The position numbers and the translations under genes were made by a program. From NCBI GenBank assembly GCA_964016885.1, contig OZ024749.1, positions 17,484,001-17,548,000 on the forward strand: a stretch of 64,000 bases of DNA, written 5' to 3'. The notes beneath the pieces were generated by a model. The model was not told where the DNA came from, ran no database searches, and saw only the letters and a program-made list of their open reading frames with translations. The number at the start of each line of letters is the position of its first letter. Position 1 is the first letter of the stretch. This DNA comes from Eledone cirrhosa (Eukaryota). Shown piece by piece: positions 1-10,840 of this stretch.

Positions 1-1116
1 AAAACAAAAAAAAAAAAACATTTCACGATATATATATATATATGTTTCTCGTTTCTTACAACGAACTCTTTCAAAACACACAAAAAAAAAAAAGAAATTT
101 GATATTCTTTAAAAAACATTTCAACAGGAACATTTATTTTCGATGAACCATTGCCTTTTGTTCTTCGTTTTCTTCATCGTTCTAGTTTTTTTTTTTTTTT
201 CAAAAAGTTCACACCTATAATTATGCTGATTGAAGCCTTTCTTTTTCATCATTGTCACTTTCAAAATTGCACTATCATTTTCTCGCGCGTTAGAAATATT
301 TTTTTTCAACCTTGTATTGGCACGTGTAGGCAGCATAAATTCTCGATTCACTGAGATGTCTCTTACTCACAGACAGCCGCACGCCAGAGATAGCATTTCT
401 CCCCCAAGGATTCTTCAGCCTTAAGCTATATTCTTCTATTTGCCGGTTTATAAATTTACAATGTAAATTTACCGTTGATAACCGCGCATTTATTAAGAAT
501 GCTTATTTCTCTGGTCGCTGGCCTCTTGACCCTTCCAGGTCAACGCATTCTCAACATCGACCATCAACTTCGGCTGCTATTTCTAGCACTTTGCGCAACT
601 CATTTTTTTCTAAAAAAAAATTTTTTTTACTGTGAATTTAAACACCGAATACGCTCACTCAGCGAGACAACAGCAGCAGCAACAGCAATATAACAGCAAC
701 AGCAATACATCAACACAGCTTCACCAAAGCCAGAGAATTTATTTTTGCAGCACTCTTCCTGTGAGAAAATCCATTCGGAGGTTGGAAATTTCACGATATA
801 CCACAGAACAGAGACCACCTGCATTCATTCTCTGGAACACTTTCTTTCCTGCTGTCATGTGATTGCACACCTGTGAACTATATTTTGAACTTTGAGCTCT
901 TCTGTTACTTTTACTTTATTACATTGTATCTTTGGGTGATGGATAGATGGATGTCCAGTCGTTCTCTGGCCAAGAGCGGTTGGCTACCTTGATATCTATC
1001 ATTGATTTTTCCAAACATTCTTTTGTCGTAATTTTCATGCCTGTTACAAAATTCTCGCCAACTTGCTACATATTTTCATTTCGATTTTTATACACTAAAA
1101 TTCTGGCGGGAGGTTA

Positions 1117-1482
1117 TGTAGCGGTTGTCTCCCTTGTTTTAATTGGGATCTAGACGGGAGGTGGAACCCTTTCTGCAACTTCCGGTCGGAGCCCTATAAA
1201 ACTAACAACTTTGAGCTTCCTCTCTCTCTTTGCCTTTTCGGCACCAGGTCAAGAGTCTTCTCATTTGGCTCTGCCATTAATTTGGCCAACAGGCGCCTGG
1301 CTAAGGCCAGGCGCCCTCTGCCAGCCGCGTTTGCCTGGCAATCAAAACGGTAACTACTAACTTTGTTTCATTCTAACATCTATCTTTGACATCTCAAGTA
1401 TTCCATCTACCGTTAATTAAATATTATATACACAAACATTGACTCGTTTTGTTACATTCATTCAACCAGTAATCCCGCTATA
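1117..1482 (+). mobile_element. Solo LTR, copy 1 (no target-site duplication)
   Basis: Starts TGTAGCG and ends CGCTATA (short inverted termini), with a TATA-like CCCTATAAAA inside. Near-identical to the reverse complement of 5725-6091 and related to 34586-34910. Flanks GTTA and AGCC do not match. Confidence 0.8.
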
Positions 1483-1887
1483 AGCCCTTAATGACAAATA
1501 ATATGAAGGAGTACTTTCTATACAATACAAAACCTCTGAGAATGATTTCCAACATATTTCACCATAATAAATGTTCATCAATATATATTAATATTATTAT
1601 TATTTTCTGCTAGCATATGTAGTGTGTATATTGATATTATAAGCAGGTATATATACATGTAGATATGATACATCAATTAAAATCGTAATTGACAATATAT
1701 AATACATAGAAATTGAACGAAGACTGCGTTACACTCTCTTATTTAATCAGTAACGTAATCTATGACACATTAAAAAAAGAAGATATTATATATAAACTGC
1801 ATTAGGAGAAAATTAGTGACGGAAATATATGAATGTTTATTTAAGCGATGGCTAACCGGAAGTGTTGACATTTCAGAAATTTTAAAG

Positions 1888-2063
1888 AAGTGAAACTTTA
1901 AATAAACGAAATATATTTAATCAACAGCCACGAAATTTAGTAGATAAATTATGTAATATTCATTCATCATTTATTCAAAGTAATGAATGGATATTACATA
2001 ATTTATCTACTAAATTTTGTGGCGGTTGATTAAATATATTTTGTTTATTTAAAGATTCACTTC
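1888..2063. repeat. AT-rich foldback (inverted repeat, ~80-bp arms)
   Basis: gaagtgaaactttaaataaacgaaatatatttaatcaacagccacgaaatttagtagataaattatgtaatattcattcat is followed after a short loop by its imperfect reverse complement, ending attcacttc. Confidence 0.85.
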
Positions 2064-2074
2064 ACCAAAAGTGT

Positions 2075-2263
2075 TGGTGGATTGGCAGTATTGGTAGAGG
2101 GCCAGACGCCATGCTTTCCAGCATAGAGTTACGGCCCTTGCTATTCTGAGTTCAAATCCTGCCGAGGTTAACTTTGCCTTTCATCCTTACCGGGTCGATA
2201 AAATAAAGTACCAGTAATGCACTGGGTAATTGCTGGCCTTGTGCCAAAAGTAGAAACAATTAT
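2075..2263 (+). mobile_element. tRNA-derived SINE with Nin/Deu-like central domain
   Basis: A-box-like TGGCAGTATTGG and B-box GAGTTCAAATCC, then gaggttaactttgcctttcatcc...gtcgataaaataaagtaccag. Many copies occur in the window. Confidence 0.75.
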
Positions 2264-2361
2264 TTATTCAAACTAATGCAACTTATTTTACTAATGGGAT
2301 AACAAATTATAAACCATACGCAGTCCCGGGCTCCTTACTTTATTATAGTTTAGATTTATTA

Positions 2362-2630
2362 GGTGAGGTGGATTGACCAGAACATTCTACTCTTCTTTTT
2401 TAGATGTCACGATCTTCCATGGCATTCCTGAGATTATTAATCTCCAGCTGGACATCTGATCTATGTAGGTCAATCTCAGTCATCCCACTATGGTCTTACA
2501 ATGTTTAGGTATTCACCACAATAGCCAGCTCATCCTACCCTCAATAGCAATGTCCAGTATATCTTGTCCTCCGCTCCCTAGTTATTGTGGTAATCTTTGA
2601 TATATGTCAGTATATTTCTTCCCTTTGAGT
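2362..2630 (-). mobile_element. 3' fragment of an old RTE/RTEX-like LINE, carried in the duplicated ZNF unit
   Basis: Minus-strand translation of the copies gives RERRTRYxGHCY...LRLTYIDQMS...[13 protein letters not shown], a typical LINE ORF2 C-terminus. Paralogous copies lie at ~12457-12736, 16080-16394, 42540-42630 and 46611-46876. Confidence 0.6.
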
Positions 2631-2673
2631 AATGTATTAAAAAATAAAAATAATAAAATATATATATATATAT

Positions 2674-3073
2674 AATTTAGCGAGAATCGCATTTCAGCGG
2701 GTAGAAATTAGCGAAACGCAACTTCAATAATGTGCAGATACCGCTCCAGGCATATGAAGAGGATAGCAGAGCTATAAACATAAGTTAAAATGGTCATACA
2801 CGCTGAGACGATGGTTAAGAAGCCATAACCACCATAGCCAAAAAAGCGAACAAGCTAAACAGGTCAAACAAAATGAGATATGATTGAAATAGTTACCCAA
2901 ACCCTCGGGCAAGATGTAATACTCCTAAATTTGGGTTTCTGCAACACCTAAATCAATAATACTGTCTGCTTATAAAAATAAAAATAAGCTTTTGGTATAA
3001 TGATCGAACAAGGCATCACTTTCTCAACGGGTTTTTGTTCATCTTTCGGCGGAATCTCTCAGGTTGTGAAAGC
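2674..3073 (-). mobile_element. Unclassified insertion truncating ZNF copy 1; possible Penelope-like 3' fragment
   Basis: Absent from the paralogous units and abuts (TA)n. The minus strand reads ERFRRKM, loosely like a GIY-YIG C-terminal helix, followed by a degenerate hammerhead-like TTGAAGT...GAAA motif. Confidence 0.3.
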
Positions 3074-3388
3074 ACGTATGTGAACAAACATTGACGAATT
3101 CCGAGTGAAAGATTTACCACATATTTCACATGAATGAGGTTTTTCAGCAGTGTGTATTCTTTTGTGACGTTCAAGATTAGAACTATGAGAAAAAGATTTC
3201 CCACAGTGGAAGGGTTTTTCTCCCGTGTGACTCCGTATGTGGACGACAAGATTAGAATAATCAATAAAAGATTTACCACATATTTCATAGTCGAAGTCTT
3301 TTTCTCTACTGTGTATTTTCTCGTATGAGGATAGTTTCAGTTTTGAAGAGAAAGTTTTCCTGTAAATCTCACAGCTATATTCAGACAT
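3059..3388 (-). pseudogene. C2H2 zinc-finger gene copy 1 (type A), degenerate
   Basis: ORF MSEYSCEIYRKTF...HTGEKPF. All four fingers have lost a Cys/His ligand or are truncated, the 3' end is replaced by foreign sequence, and a Helitron sits in the start codon. Confidence 0.85.
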
Positions 3389-4392
3389 CTATATATATAA
3401 AACTGAGGTTGTCTGTCTGTCTATCGATTTTTGGCACACATCTCCTCTTAGAATCTCTCACGGAATTGCACCGAAATTGCTATACTTGTACATTGAGCCC
3501 TAGCGAAGACATCGGAAAAAAAATATTTTAAATTGACCCGCCCTATCTGACGAAATCGAATATAATGTATCGATTTTTGAGCGTAAGTGATCAGTTATTT
3601 CCCTTTGTTCTGTTTACATTGAGCGTCTTACGTAAAAAATTACGCTGGCTTTCTCAGCGTTTAAAATGACATTAACACAATACACGAACAGTTGCTTCAT
3701 TTCCATTTAAAAGCCTTTTAAAACAATATTTTTACTTGAAAACAAGTCTATTTAAAGACTACGTAAAACAAGCAAATATTTCGTAAAAAAAAGCAAAAAA
3801 TATATAAGTTTATTTAAAATATATGTATCTGTAAATTTCGTTAGGCGTGCAGACAGACAGTCGTGCAGACAGACAGTCGTGCAGAGAGGTGATATAGGCG
3901 TGCAGCCAGATAGTCGTGCAGAGAGGTGATATACGCATGCAGACAGAAAGTCGTGCAGAGAGGTGATATACGCGTGCAGACAGATAGTCGTGCAGAGAGG
4001 TGATATAGGCGTGCAGACAGATAGTCGTGCAGAGAGGTGATATAGGCGTGCAGACAGACAGTCGTGCAGAGAGGTGATATAGGCGTGCAGACAGACATAA
4101 CTGATAATTTGGTTACGCTAATGTTTTTCTCTGCGTTGCACTGTTTACATTTTCGATCTTTGTTAATAAGTAACCAGTGCAGTTTTTATCCCCAGCATCC
4201 TCTTTTGTTATAACATTCGAGTTATCGTTATGTTTTCTTAACTTCATAAGGCATATTGTTGGTTGAGGGAATATTAATCAAAAACACCACATGCAAGTCT
4301 GCACAGTAGACACTACAGTTTTTAAGCCAAAAAAGAAACTTAACATTGTAACTTTAACACAGCTACTGAGCGACCCCGAGCTTTACTGCTAG
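3388..4392 (+). mobile_element. Non-autonomous Helitron
   Basis: 5' TCTATATATATAAAA and 3' CTAG preceded by a GC-rich subterminal motif (CTGAGCGACCCCGAG). Inserted between A and T with no TSD relative to the empty paralogous site cagacatatttcataaagg (17620, 21340, 47760). Confidence 0.9.
3843..4097. repeat. 37-bp minisatellite (~6 copies) inside the Helitron
   Basis: Unit aggcgtgcagacagatagtcgtgcagagaggtgatat; gatat recurs at 3891, 3928, 3965 and onward. Confidence 0.95.
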
Positions 4393-5292
4393 TATTTCAT
4401 AAAGGAAATATATTAAGAAATGTAGCATTCAGTTGGTAAAGTAATAAGACGTATGAAAACGTAAGACTTATCCTGGAAGAAGAAAAAGCAAGTGTGTGTG
4501 TGTGTATATATTTTTTATTTTTGTTAGGGTGAGAGAAGCTCTATTCACAATAACATCTTCAGCTCATAAAACAGACAAATAAGTCTTCGTAATTTAAGGT
4601 TCTTGTTATTGAGGACAGTTCAGGTGACAAGAGAATTAATATCCATCATTTCAAAAGATAAAGGTTAATATATATATATATATTCAGTCATACAGTGAGT
4701 ACGTATGAGAGAGAGAAATAGACGTATGTGTACAAATATGTGTGTAGGTGTTGTAATAAATCAAGATATTTCACTTCAGATAGTAGAAAAGTTCACAATG
4801 TTTGTGTTGTGATGGAAAACAAAATAATACTAACTTTAGTTTTACAAGACCAAATATAAAGTCAAGAAAAGTTAGTAAAAACTAAAAGTTCACTGATTTC
4901 TGATTAAAATAATATTTTCCTGTCCTGTAAAATGTTGAACAACCACTTCAATATTGAATAATACAGGTGATAAAACAACAACTATAAAGGTAACTAAGTC
5001 ACCTTATGTTATTTACAAACATTAACGTTCACCTTAATATGAAATAATGACCATAAAAGATCAAATTAGATGAGGTTTAAATTGTAACAATGGAGGTGAT
5101 ATAAATGGTAATATTTCACTGTCCAGTTGACACCGGTGACATGACTTAAAACTCCCCTACATAATTTAATACATTCTGAAACAACTTCAGTTATATTATT
5201 AATTCACACCTTCAATCCAATTTTCGTTAAACTCCATCTGATGCTGCTCCTCGGCTTTTTAAGCTGTACTGATTGGAGACACGTGAAATGAA

Positions 5293-5337
<45 letters not shown>

Positions 5338-5660
5338 CATAATTTCACAAGTCTCCAATCAGTTCAGCTGAAAATGATATATATATATTAGCAGAAATAT
5401 ATGATTGAGAAAACAAAGCTCTTAAATTTTATTCTTTACACCATATTTCATCTGAAAGGGTAACATTCGTTTTCTGATGGAAGGAATTAAATAAGATTTA
5501 TATACCTCCGTAGAAGGTATATATATGTAATAATTATTATTGTTTATTCTTCAACCTTTAAATGTAAACATACCGTTAGTCCCTCAGCCCCCTAACGACC
5601 CATTAATAAGTGTAAATAGATATCGAGACCTCTATTAACAGTTTAAATCTGCCTTTGCAC

Positions 5661-6135
5661 CTTTATATTCACATATCTGAAGAGATGTCAAATAAAGCGT
5701 CGGGTCCCGTCATCTTGATTGTACTATAGCGAGAGTACTGAGTTGTATGAATGTAACAAAACGAGACAATGTTTGTGTATATAATATTTAATTAACGGTA
5801 GATAGAATACTTGACATGTCAAAGATAGATGTTAGAATGAAACAAAGTTAGTAGTTACCGTTTTGATTGCCAGGCAAACGCGGCTGGCAGAGGGCGCCTG
5901 GCTAGGGCCAGGCGCCTGTTGGCCAAATTAATGGCAGAGCCAAATGAGAAGACTCTTGACCTTGTGCCGAAAAGGCAAAGAGAGAGAGGAAGCTTAAAGT
6001 TGTTAGTTTTATAGGGCTCTGACCGGAAGTCGCAGAAAGGGTTCCACCTCCCGTCTAGATCCCAATCAAAACAAGGGAGACAACCGCTACAGTACCCTAA
6101 CCTGATATCGAAACAATTGTAATATGCCAATAAAG
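5661..6135 (+). ncRNA. Type I hammerhead ribozyme (Penelope-type) interrupted by a solo LTR in loop II
   Basis: Stem I CATAT (5672-5676)/ATATG (6122-6126), extended by CTTTAT/ATAAAG. Core CTGAAGA 5677-5683. Stem II GATGTCA (5684-5690)/TGATATC (6103-6109). GAAA 6110-6113, palindromic stem III ACAATTGT, cleavage triplet GUA ending at 6121. Confidence 0.8.
5725..6091 (-). mobile_element. Solo LTR, copy 2
   Basis: Reverse complement of 1117-1482, with a 4-bp TSD GTAC at 5721-5724 and 6092-6095. Confidence 0.9.
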
Positions 6136-6536
6136 TTTGTACTTATACTGCAACACTGACTTCGATTCTTTTCAATCTATACTCTGTAAATTACAGCCGT
6201 AACCCTGGAATACATCCTAATCGAGACGAACTCCGTAACAGCATTGAGTCCTTCGAACGGTGCGTAACTGTAGTTACACACCTAACTATCACATACATAC
6301 ACAGACATATATTTACATATACACACATATGGACAACCTGCGGCCCGCGAAGCTTTCTGAATGGCTCGCCTAAGTCACTTAAGTGAAATCTTTCAGATTT
6401 TTTTACCCCAACTTTTCAGTCGTAATTTATCTTTCTATCATTTTTACGATCGAGGAAAACAACGTGTACGAATCCTGAAGAAACAAATCAAAACAACCTG
6501 AGTTACCACCCCTGTTTTTTTTTATGTGGGCACGAA

Positions 6537-7914
6537 TGTAAATTAGCGCTTGTGACCCGCCTGATGATGAGCCATATCTCTGAGGCGATGGTGTGGTGGT
6601 GTGGAGGAGGTGACCAGAAGCTGGGGACGATCGACCGGAAGCGGAAGAGGAAGTGACGTGAGATGCGTACCCAGGAGCATTCGTGGGCCCTGTTTCGGTT
6701 GTAACACGCGACGGAAGGACGTGCGAATTGCAAGCTGCAACTTGGCGAACGGATTATACCCACGTGGATGAGCCTAACTCGCTGAGTGAGCTAGCAGAAT
6801 TGCGGTAAGTGCAGTAGCTTTCTCATTACAAGCTATTTCGGCATCTGAAGACTTACAATTGGAAAAAAACAAAAAAGGAAGAATTTTTTTTTTAAGGCAA
6901 AGCTGCCGGAAAACAGATTGGATTCTGTTGTTTGTTACTTAACGCAGGACTAAGGAGATGGCGACGAGATTATCGATGAGCGGAGAAGTAATTAGAGCTT
7001 TTACAGGTGAAGGTGACGTTGTCGCCTGGATGCGAAAGGTTCGGCTCGTCGCTGAGCTGCAAAAGATAGACGATGTAGCGGGCCTCATCGCACACAATCT
7101 CGAAGGCGACGCGCTAGCGTTGTACTTCGAGATGGACGACCTCAGCCGGAGGGACGCGCAATAAATTGAGCGGCGTATGATGGAAGCGTTCGCGGAAGGA
7201 CCACTTACCGCGTTTGCTAAACTGGTAAGGATTAGGTGGAACGGTGAGCGTGTGGATATTTTTGCAGCGGAGATAAGGCATGCTGGCTGGGTTTCAGGTG
7301 GAATGCGAACATGCGGTGCGGTTGGCGTTCATAAACGGACTTCCGGATGATATCGCGGTGAAACTGCAGAAAATACATGGCTACAAGGAAATGGAGATGT
7401 TTGCACTGATAGAGCAAGCCCGCATCATAGCAGAGGATGCCAAGAAGAGTGATGCGACAATAGCAGCAACGGAGGCCCGGGGCAGCCGACAGCGAAATGG
7501 AGAAAGGGAGACAAACACGACGCGCAGTCCCCCGCGAATGTTTAGAGGTCGTTGTTTTATGTGCCAGGGCGCGCACATGGCGAGAAACTGTAGAGAGTCA
7601 AGGCCGGACATAATTTGCTACCGGTGTAAGCGGCCAGGCCACATCGCTACCGGTTGCGACCAGGGAAATGGTCCAAAGGTGTGGTGGTTGGGGGTGACCG
7701 GAAGCTGGGGACGATCGACCGGAGGCGGAAGAGGAAGTGACGTGAGATGCGTATCCAGGAGCATCCGTGGGCCCTCTTTCGGCTGTGACCCACGACGGAC
7801 GGACGTGCGAATTGCGAGCTGCAACTTGGCGAACGGATTATACCCACGTGGATGAGCCTAGCTCGCTGAGTGAGCTAGCAGAATTGCAGTAAGTGCAATA
7901 GCTTTCTCATTACA
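6537..7914 (+). mobile_element. Gypsy-like LTR retrotransposon, internally deleted (LTR-gag-partial LTR)
   Basis: 5' LTR 6537-6830 (TGTAA...TTACA); 3' LTR remnant ~7678-7914 ending TTACA. The gag remnant lies between them and there is no pol. Confidence 0.85.
6958..7677 (+). pseudogene. gag: Retrotransposon gag with two CCHC zinc knuckles, disrupted
   Basis: MATRLSMSGEVIRAFTGEGDVVAW..., stop at 7162-7164 and a frameshift. Knuckles CFMCQGAHMARNC and CYRCKRPGHIATGC. Slippery-type GGGAAAT at 7663-7669. Confidence 0.8.
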
Positions 7915-9402
7915 ATCTCATGCGGTCCGCTTCTCGAAAAAGGTTGCCCATGCTTGGTATATATATAGATGCATATATATACGTTGGGTAGCACCTGTGT
8001 GTGCGTTTATGTCTCATAAGATAGTGTTTCGATTTTGAAAAATGTTCGATAAAGTATTTTAGGAGGTGATCAATTGTTTGATAAGCAAAGCAACATTTTG
8101 ATTTCTATTTTAATTTACACTCAAGAGGTGCAACACGGAGTACTGAGCCAGAAATCCAGAAAACCTGAGTAGTGTCACCTATAACTAGAAATACAGTGAA
8201 TTACCAGGACTTCACTGACCGTTTCCTTACCGAGCCGGTCACTTCCGAGACCGCTGGTATTCTCGGTTATACCGGACTGTCGTTTTTCTCCATGAGAATG
8301 AAAGCCCGGTGAGATAGAGTGGATGATGTAGCCTGCGTTGCTGGTTGTTTTCTGGAACAATGCCTTCGCCATGTTTTTTCTGCGAATTACAGCTGAGTTA
8401 CAGTGATCACTCTTCGGTCTCAAATAATCGTACCAGCCCCATGCTTATTAATTTTTCAGATATTTTCCAATCTCTTATTCCAATCCAACCGCTTATCAAA
8501 TTTTGCTAATCTCTCTCAGGTGAAATTTTATATTAAGTGGTAGCATTCCTCTGATAATTTTTTTTAGTCATCAAAACCCATTATATATGACAAAAAAAAG
8601 AACATACGTTATAAAATAAATAGGATGGTTTGGGGTCTCAATATGTAAACTAATCACACAGTTTTGATATGTAATGTTTGAAGAGATGTGAATTTCCCAT
8701 ACATTAATTACAATTAATTTTAGTCCTCGACCTTTCAGTAAATGTCTTTGAATTCTTCTGTACATGTTCTCCACTGATGTCAAACGTTAAACTATTTGAC
8801 AATCAAGAACGATAACTCAGAATGACAACTATTATCCGTCGCTGAGTTGTTTCCCAAGGGTGTGTGTGTGTCTACGTGTGTTTATATATGTATACTTGTA
8901 TACATACATGCTGATGTCTACAACCCGATTTCGAGTAATGCCATCGCTTGATACTTAAGTATAAACAAACAACACGGACGTAGCGTTTTAGTCCTACAAG
9001 GGACTTGCCTATGGCCAGGAAGGCTATGCATCGCAAAAATGTCACATATCAAGCGATGCCTGTGCTCAAAGCTTTTTTAAGTGATGAAAGGTTTAGCAGG
9101 GGTCAAATCCCACTCTCTGAACATCGAATGTATTTAACCAAAACTTACAATTGGTCTACATCATTGGGTGCAAACGAGTCACAAACTTTATAACAGTGTG
9201 ACCTTCTAGAGAGATGTCTTAATGAAGAGCAGGAATGTGACCATTGCAACGGGGCTCCTTCCTCACGTGTGCTGCTGTCTTTCCAATAGTGTATACATAG
9301 CATCTATACAGTATACATATATATGTATAGTATATATAGGTTGAGAGGACCCCTATGTAGTATCAATGACATTACAAAATCTCTAGTGTTGGTGATCTAC
9401 AT

Positions 9403-9609
9403 CAGACACGTAAAAAATGAAATGCGGCCCTTTACAAGCCCACCTGAGGCCCGCACAAAAGTTTTTACAGCAGAAGCATGTTTTATCTTCGTAATATAAA
9501 GTAAAGAAAAATTAGTTGTAATATGCGCAATTGGTTGTCGTGTGCGGCCCTCAGACAACACATATGTGACCCATATGGTCCTCGGGGTACCCTCAGTTTG
9601 ACATGCCTG
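9403..9609. mobile_element. hAT-family MITE
   Basis: TIRs CAGACACGTAAAA and TTTGACATGCCTG, GCGGCCC subterminal motifs, and an 8-bp TSD ATCTACAT (9395-9402 and 9610-9617). Confidence 0.85.
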
Positions 9610-10339
9610 ATCTACATGATAAACGTACCCAGTACATGCTTTAATGTGGGTGTGATAGGAAGCGTTTCTAATCACAGATAGCTTACCAAAGAAGGTTTTT
9701 GAGGACCCTTTAGTTGTGTCAAGGGCATGGCAACCTCCGTAGTGTTGGGGTCTACATAAATACACCCAGTGTGTGATGTAAAGTTGTTGGTGGTAGGGAG
9801 GGTACCCAGCCACACAAAACTCACCAACAAAAGGTTGGGAGGACGGTTCAGTTGTGTTGAAGACATGACACCATCTTTAGTAATGGTGCCACAATACAAT
9901 ACACTCAGTAGAATGTGGGACAATATGTAAACGAGATGTGGACCACCCACTCCATTCTGGTTTGTGAAGACCTGACCAATCCTTGCTAGCAGGGAAAGTG
10001 GATGTTAAATGATGATGATGAGCTGTGACATTACTGGTACCAAGCTGTTTCAGACTTTACATTGCATGATGTGTGTATATATATATATATATATATACAA
10101 AAAAATGAATTAAAACATATTTAGCATTTTGTGTTTCTCAATTAGCAAGCTCAATAGACAATATCTAGAGCCATAATAACTAAACCAGGATATATATATA
10201 TATATATATAATAATATTATTAATATGACGGAACTAGCAAGGGTATCACTGCTAGGAACGATTGCATCTGAGTGTACTCAATAGGTAATGTTAAATAAAC
10301 TCCCAGAGTATATTTAACATGTACTTCAAAATCAAATGA

Positions 10340-10840
10340 TTGGATCATTGCTCCAATGGATGCACTCGATCAAACAGAGCCCTCAGCATGTATTTCAAGC
10401 TGCGCTTGTACACTAGCATTGTACTTCCCATGGCCATCTCTGACTGTGAAACATGGAAACGCACTGTGAAGATTGATAGGTATCTAAAAACTTTTCACCA
10501 GAGGAGCCTGCATAGGATTGTAAAGGTCAGCTGGTAAGATCCTGTGGAAAGCAGGGTCACATACACTGCAGGAGATAATCCTGAATTTTGGTTCCATTTT
10601 GCAGGTGACATTCTGCACCTCCCAGAAGATCACCCAAAACAGCGATGACATGGATTCCCCTTGAAGGCAAGTGGAAAAGAGGCCAGCCGCAAATGACCTG
10701 GTGGAACACATTCCAAAGTGTCCCACAAACTGTCAACATCAGCTGGCATGGATGTCAAACAAGCTGTCACCAACTGAAATCATTGGAGACAATTAGGTGA
10801 CATGTATTCCTGATGGAACAATCTGGACTAAGAACTAAAG
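10340..10840 (+). mobile_element. 3' fragment of an old RTE/BovB-like LINE
   Basis: Translates KLRLYTSIVLPMAISDCETWK...FHQRSLHRIVKVSW...FHFAGDILHLPEDHP. Paralog at 40290-40790. Confidence 0.75.

Larger units (their letters stand above)
6325..7956 (+). mobile_element. hAT (Charlie-like) non-autonomous DNA transposon, split by the LTR element
   Basis: Left end atggacaacctgcggcccgc and right end tgcggtccgc...aaaaaggttgcccatgcttg: degenerate CAGGCATGGGCAACC-type TIRs with GCGGCCC subterminal motifs. Confidence 0.6.

Noticed and set aside
385-425. Minus-strand CTGAAGA...GAAA hammerhead-like spacing
   Set aside because: The stem II closing pair is mismatched and no stem I can be formed.
121-1110. 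Short ORFs including a poly-Q stretch (632-862)
   Set aside because: No recognisable domain, and the poly-Q comes from a CAG/CAA microsatellite. The region may be a UTR or promoter but cannot be assigned.
3841-4098. Repetitive ORF or CRISPR-like array
   Set aside because: Head-to-tail 37-bp minisatellite with no unique spacers and no cas genes, in a eukaryotic context.
8010-8560. Possible DNA transposon remnant
   Set aside because: No paired TIRs or TSD could be identified by eye.
8930-9075. Inverted repeat catcgcttgata/tatcaagcgatg with minus-strand CTCGAAA
   Set aside because: The hairpin is real but the CUGANGA core and stem I are missing, so no ribozyme call is supported.
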